DNA from: Acidobacteriota bacterium
Lineage (GTDB): Bacteria; Acidobacteriota; Thermoanaerobaculia; Multivoradales; UBA5704
Direction: 5' to 3'
Length of the DNA: 64,000 nt
Assembly: GCA_040005235.1 (NCBI GenBank)
Contig: JBDTZG010000011.1
Span: forward strand, 1 to 64,000
The notes under the pieces are model-generated. The model worked only from the letters and a program-made list of their open reading frames with translations. It was not told where the DNA came from and made no database searches. How positions within the stretch are numbered: the first letter of the stretch is position 1; every line of letters starts with the position of its first letter. Shown in pieces: positions 59,523 to 64,000 of the stretch. The translations under genes were made by a program, and so were the position numbers.

Positions 59523-60101
59523 ATGAACGCGAAGCCGCTCCTCCACTCTCTTTCCGAGCCGCTGCCCGCAACCGGGATTCGCACCCTGCGCGCCCGGCTC
59601 GATCGGTGGGATCGCCATCTGCTCCTCGGCGTCTGCCGTTTTCATTCGCGGCTGGCGACGCGGATCCTTTCCGCTCTCACCCGCCTCGGCGATCCGGCCA
59701 GCTGGATGGTCGTCTGCCTAGTGCTCGCGGGCTCGGGCGCCGAGGGTCGAAAGAGCGCCGCTCTTCTTGCGGAAGCGGCGATCGGCGCCCTTGCCCTCTC
59801 GCAGATTTTGAAGCGGCTGTGGAACCGGCCGCGTCCGGCGGCCTCGGGGCTCCAAGGGTTCTCGGCCCTGATCGAAAGCCCGGACGCCTTTTCCTTTCCC
59901 TCCGGTCACACCGCCGTGGCGTTCGCGATCGCCGTGGCGCTCGCCGGAGCCGGCCAGGGGCTCGGCGCGCTGATGCTCGGCCTCGCCCCGGCTATCGCCA
60001 TCTCCCGGGTCTATCTCGGCGCCCACTACCCGCTCGACGTCCTCGCGGGCTCTCTGGTCGGAACGGGAGTCGGGTTGGTCGTGCGGGCGCTCGCGGGCTG
60101 A
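59523..60101 (+). CDS. PAP2-family phosphatase
   Basis: KRLWNRPRP, FPSGH, SRVYLGAHYPLD. Confidence 0.92.
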   Translation: MNAKPLLHSLSEPLPATGIRTLRARLDRWDRHLLLGVCRFHSRLATRILSALTRLGDPASWMVVCLVLAGSGAEGRKSAALLAEAAIGALALSQILKRLWNRPRPAASGLQGFSALIESPDAFSFPSGHTAVAFAIAVALAGAGQGLGALMLGLAPAIAISRVYLGAHYPLDVLAGSLVGTGVGLVVRALAG

Positions 60102-60145
60102 GGCGCTCGAAGGCCGGAGACTCTGGTCGTTGGAGATCTGGACAG

Positions 60146-61348
60146 CTAGCGTTCGAACGAGAACGTCTCGGCGTTCGGATGATCCCTTCCCGCCACCTTC
60201 GCGGTGAGGATCTCCGCTGCGATTGCGCTGTAGGTGATTCCGTTGCCGCCGAAGCCGAGCGCAAAAAGGATGCGCGGATCGGCTTTCGGGTGGGCGCCTA
60301 TGTAGGCCAAGCCGTCTTCGGTCTCGGCAAAGGTGCCCGCCCAGGAGTAGGCAGGCTTCATCGGGATGGCCGGAAACATTTTGCGCGCCTGTTCGAACAG
60401 TTTCGCCGCGGTTTTCGGCACCAGGGCGTCACGGAGCGCCGGGTTGCGAAACCGCCGGTCCATTCCTCCGATCAGCACGCGGTCGTCCCCGGTCGTTCGC
60501 AGGTAGAAGTAGGGTCGCGCCGATTCCCAGATCAAGCAGCGCTCGGGCCAGCCGGGAAAGGACTCGACCGGCTCGGTCACCAGCGCATACGTACTATGGA
60601 GGCGAGAAACCTTTCTCGGCAGGAAACGGTCCGCTTCATAGCCGGTCGCCACGACCAGGTGTTTGGTCCGGATGCGACCGCGATTCGTGGCGACCTCAAG
60701 GGCGCCTTTCCTCGCGATCACGCCCGAGGCTTCGGTGCGGCCGTAGAGAGCGAAATCGCGACCGGCGCTCCTGGCGAGAAGCGCTTTCGCCAGGCGCCAG
60801 GGATCGACTTCCGCCGCGGCGGAGCTCCAAAGGGCTCCGGGGACGTCGAAGCCAAGGCGTCGGACTTCTTCGGCGTTCAAGAATTCGCAGGGCAAGCCGG
60901 CGTCGCGGCGGGCCTCGGCTTCTCTCTGCAACGAACGAACGTGACGGCGGCGAGAGGCAAGGTAGAGGCTGGGCCTGCGTTTGAACTGGAGACGTTCGGC
61001 TCCCAACTCTCCCGCCAGGCGGCCGATCGTTTCGACGCCGTCGAGGCACGCCCGATACGCCGCGACGGCCCGCGGCCGGCCGAGGGTTTCGATCAGATCC
61101 GCGAGATGGCGGTCGATTTCATATTGCAACAGGGCGGTCGAAGCCGAGGTCGATCCCTCGCAGGGGTGACGCCGGTCGATGACCAGAACCGACAGACCCG
61201 CGGCGGTCATCGCGTCGGCGATCAACGCGCCGGTAATGCCAGCCCCGATGATCAGGACATCGCAACCGGCATCGCCCGGCAGCTGCGGCGGAACGTCGCC
61301 GATGCCGTTCTTCAGCAGCCAGAAGGCGTGAGGAGAGGTTAGATTCAA
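60146..61348 (-). CDS. FAD-dependent oxidoreductase (DAO/DadA family)
   Basis: IIGAGITG, GSTSASTA, ATGY, DGLAYIG, GFGGNGIT. Confidence 0.88.
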   Translation of the reverse strand: MNLTSPHAFWLLKNGIGDVPPQLPGDAGCDVLIIGAGITGALIADAMTAAGLSVLVIDRRHPCEGSTSASTALLQYEIDRHLADLIETLGRPRAVAAYRACLDGVETIGRLAGELGAERLQFKRRPSLYLASRRRHVRSLQREAEARRDAGLPCEFLNAEEVRRLGFDVPGALWSSAAAEVDPWRLAKALLARSAGRDFALYGRTEASGVIARKGALEVATNRGRIRTKHLVVATGYEADRFLPRKVSRLHSTYALVTEPVESFPGWPERCLIWESARPYFYLRTTGDDRVLIGGMDRRFRNPALRDALVPKTAAKLFEQARKMFPAIPMKPAYSWAGTFAETEDGLAYIGAHPKADPRILFALGFGGNGITYSAIAAEILTAKVAGRDHPNAETFSFER

Positions 61349-61536
61349 AAGTCGCTCGGTCTATAGAGGCTTTAAGAGACGGCGTACCACGGCGGAAAAA
61401 AGAGACGCCCTGACGGCTCACCGGGGAGTACGGTTTTGACGTAGGACGTCTCGCCCTGCTCTGGACTCTTAAGTCTCGGCCGGTCTAACTGGACTCGGCC
61501 GACGGGTGGTCGTCGTGCTTGCGGCTCGAACGGGGC

Positions 61537-62067
61537 TTACTTACCCTTGGCTCCCGTTTTTGCCGCAAGGTCCTGCGCCATTTTCAGGTGCTCCTTGAGA
61601 GTCGGCAGGGTCGAGGCGGCGAATTTCTTGATGTCCGCGTCTTTGGCGTCCACGCTCTCGGTCTGGAATTCGGCGACGTCCTTCACGTGATCTTCCGCCA
61701 TGTGCTTCATGTACTGGCGGTCGAAATCCGCGGCGGACAGGCCCGCCAACTTTTCTTTCATCGACTTCTGCTCGGGGTTGATGTGACCCGGAAGCTTGAA
61801 GGACTTCGAGTTGGCGAGCGCCTTCAGGCGTTCGTTGGCCTTGCCGTGATCGTCGATCATCCTCTGACCAAATGCTTTTACATCCGGGCTCGACGCCTTT
61901 TCGACCGCCAGATGGCCCATCGCCACTTCGGCCATACCACCTTGCGCAGCTGCGCGAAGAAACTTCTGGTCGTCGGCCATCAGGCCGCTCTTGGCGAACG
62001 CTGCACCGGTGAGAACCACAGCCGCCCCGAGGGCGGTCATGATCATTTTCTGAGCTCGATTTCGCAT
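61537..62067 (-). CDS. DUF4142-family secreted protein
   Basis: signal peptide; AAQGGMAEV, RMIDDH, FDRQYM, TLPTLKEHL. Confidence 0.85.
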   Translation of the reverse strand: MRNRAQKMIMTALGAAVVLTGAAFAKSGLMADDQKFLRAAAQGGMAEVAMGHLAVEKASSPDVKAFGQRMIDDHGKANERLKALANSKSFKLPGHINPEQKSMKEKLAGLSAADFDRQYMKHMAEDHVKDVAEFQTESVDAKDADIKKFAASTLPTLKEHLKMAQDLAAKTGAKGK

Positions 62068-62303
62068 GGATGACTTGCCTCCTTAGGAATCCCGGAAACC
62101 GCAAGAAGAATGCCATCGCGAGAGGGGTGAGGAGCGGGCCTCTTCCTCGGAAGATCCTGCGGCGGCGGCGGGACCCTCTCGGCAGGAAATTCCAGGGCCC
62201 CGGCAAGGGTCGATGCAGCGGGTCTCGTCCACAGTCGGCCGATCGGCATGAAGGGTGCAGTCGCCCCCCGTGGATTGTTGCGGATTGTTAAGGAGGCGTG
62301 CGC

Positions 62304-64000
62304 ATGGCACTGGAGGAGTATCGCCGCAAGCGTCGATTCGATCGAACGCCGGAGCCCGGTGGAAAAGTCGGCTCTAAGACTCAAGCGCAAGCGGGGCGAT
62401 TCGTGATTCAGAAGCACGACGCCACCCGGCTGCACTACGACTTCCGCCTCGAAAGCGACGGCGTGCTCAAGAGCTGGGCGGTGCCGAAAGGTCCATCGCT
62501 CGATCCCACGGAGCGCCGGCTGGCGGTCGAGGTGGAGGATCACCCGCTCGAATACGGCTCGTTTGAAGGCATCATTCCCGAGGGCGAATACGGCGGCGGC
62601 ACGGTCGAAGTCTGGGATGAGGGCCGCTGGCAGCCGAGGGGAGATCCGGCCGAAGGGTTTCGCAAAGGGCATCTCAAGTTCCAGCTCGACGGCGAGAAGC
62701 TTCAAGGCGGCTGGAACTTGGTGCGCCTCAAAGGCGACGAGAAGAAACCCAACTGGCTGCTGATCAAGGAAAACGACGCGACGGCCCGGCCGCACGCCGA
62801 AGGCGACATTTTGGAGGAGCGGCCGGAGAGCGTCGCGAGCGGCCGGACGCTCGACCAGATCGCGAAGGACCCGAAGAAGGTCTGGAGCTCCAAGGGCAAA
62901 GCCGAATCGGTCAAAGCGCCGGTCAAAGCCCCGGCCCCCGCTCCGGCCCCAAAGAAGGCCCCGAAAGAATCCTCGAAAGAGCGGGCTCGCCGAGGCAAGC
63001 TGCCTCCGGCCGTCTCGCCGCAGCTCGCGACACTTGTCGCCGAGCCGCCCGAGGGAGAAGGCTGGTTGTTCGAGATCAAGCTCGACGGGTACCGCATCCT
63101 GGCCGCGGCGGGCGGCGGGAAGGTGCAATTGACCTCGCGCAACGGCAAAGATTGGACCGATCGTTTTCCCACGATCGCCGAAGCGGTCGGTCGCCTGGAC
63201 GCCGAGTCCGTCCTGCTCGACGGCGAGGTGGTCGCCCTCGACGACGAAGGGCGCTCGTCGTTTCAACGGCTGCAGAACGCCCTGAGGGCCGACCGCACGG
63301 CGAACCTGGCCTATTTCGTCTTCGACCTGTTGCATCTGAACGGCAAGGATCTGACCGGGCGGCCGCTCGTCGAACGCAAGGAAGCCCTGCGCGGGCTGTT
63401 GACGTCGGCCGGCGAGGAGACCCTCCGCTACAACGATCACGTCGAAGAAAAAGGCGCGGCGTTCTTCAAGCAGGCGTGCGACCTCGGGATCGAAGGCATC
63501 GTGGCGAAACAGGGCGAGGCGCCGTATCGAACCGGACGGGGCGCGGGCTGGCTCAAGATCAAATGCCTCGGCCGTCAAGAGGTGGTGATCGGCGGATTCA
63601 CCGCCCCCAAGGGCTCGCGATCCGATCTAGGGGCGCTGCTGGTCGGCACCTATCGCGAAAAGGAGCTCCAATTCGCCGGCAAGGTAGGGACCGGTTTCAA
63701 TGACGAAACGCTCGCCGACCTGGCCCGACGCCTGAAGCCGTTGATCCGGAAGACCTCCCCCTTCGTCGACCCGCCCAAGGGAGCCGAAGCGCGCGAGGTC
63801 ACCTGGGTCGATCCCAAACTGGTGGCCGAGGTGGCTTTCACCGAATGGACCGACGACGGACGGATGAGACATCCCTCGTTCCAGGGCCTGCGAGAAGACA
63901 AGACGGCCGCCGAGGTCAAGCGGGAGGTGGAGTCGCCGGTCCCGACTCCTGGCAACGCCGCGAAAAAGGCCCCGGCAAAACCCGCTGCGAAGACCGCTGA
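62304..64000 (+). CDS. ligD: DNA ligase D (NHEJ), 3' end beyond window
   Basis: AAGGAGG RBS; MALEEYRRKR, FVIQKHDATRLHYDFRLE (PE domain), EIKLDGYR, EGIVAK, WLKIKC; no stop before the window end. Confidence 0.95.
   Translation, partial: MALEEYRRKRRFDRTPEPGGKVGSKTQAQAGRFVIQKHDATRLHYDFRLESDGVLKSWAVPKGPSLDPTERRLAVEVEDHPLEYGSFEGIIPEGEYGGGTVEVWDEGRWQPRGDPAEGFRKGHLKFQLDGEKLQGGWNLVRLKGDEKKPNWLLIKENDATARPHAEGDILEERPESVASGRTLDQIAKDPKKVWSSKGKAESVKAPVKAPAPAPAPKKAPKESSKERARRGKLPPAVSPQLATLVAEPPEGEGWLFEIKLDGYRILAAAGGGKVQLTSRNGKDWTDRFPTIAEAVGRLDAESVLLDGEVVALDDEGRSSFQRLQNALRADRTANLAYFVFDLLHLNGKDLTGRPLVERKEALRGLLTSAGEETLRYNDHVEEKGAAFFKQACDLGIEGIVAKQGEAPYRTGRGAGWLKIKCLGRQEVVIGGFTAPKGSRSDLGALLVGTYREKELQFAGKVGTGFNDETLADLARRLKPLIRKTSPFVDPPKGAEAREVTWVDPKLVAEVAFTEWTDDGRMRHPSFQGLREDKTAAEVKREVESPVPTPGNAAKKAPAKPAAKTA

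Noticed and set aside
62890-62990. Pro/Ala/Lys repeats in ligD
   Set aside because: Ordinary low-complexity interdomain linker.

Overview
GC-rich bacterial chromosome segment. The gene content (secreted TPR-CHAT proteases, ECF sigma/Ser-Thr kinase pair, orphan lanthipeptide precursor) suggests Acidobacteriota such as Thermoanaerobaculia, but that is inference. About 1-20 kb is mostly housekeeping and metabolism: eda-like aldolase, apgM, macro domain, argS, rlmN-like, prfA, rpmE, a Tat-exported vanadium haloperoxidase, dipeptidase, glnS, a YtrA-type GntR/ABC operon, patatin and three tRNAs. An accessory region (~20.6-49 kb) follows the tRNAs. It holds an orphan lanthipeptide precursor, an IS110 remnant, a deleted CHAT-WD40 gene beside a C25-like protease, and a sigma-like/membrane protein/ECF/kinase operon bracketed by two secreted PDZ-TPR-CHAT proteases with AT-richer TPR cores. 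It also holds a GT-C/class II terpene cyclase-like fusion coupled to a UbiA prenyltransferase. The end of the window has phosphate-scavenging genes, an MCP-less che-like cluster, a putative aminolipid operon and the 5' part of ligD. The most unusual non-coding signal is two unrelated arrays of short palindromes with unique spacers, phased at 21 bp (11457-11750) and 21-22 bp (44993-45252). All calls come from reading motifs by eye; no database searches were run.
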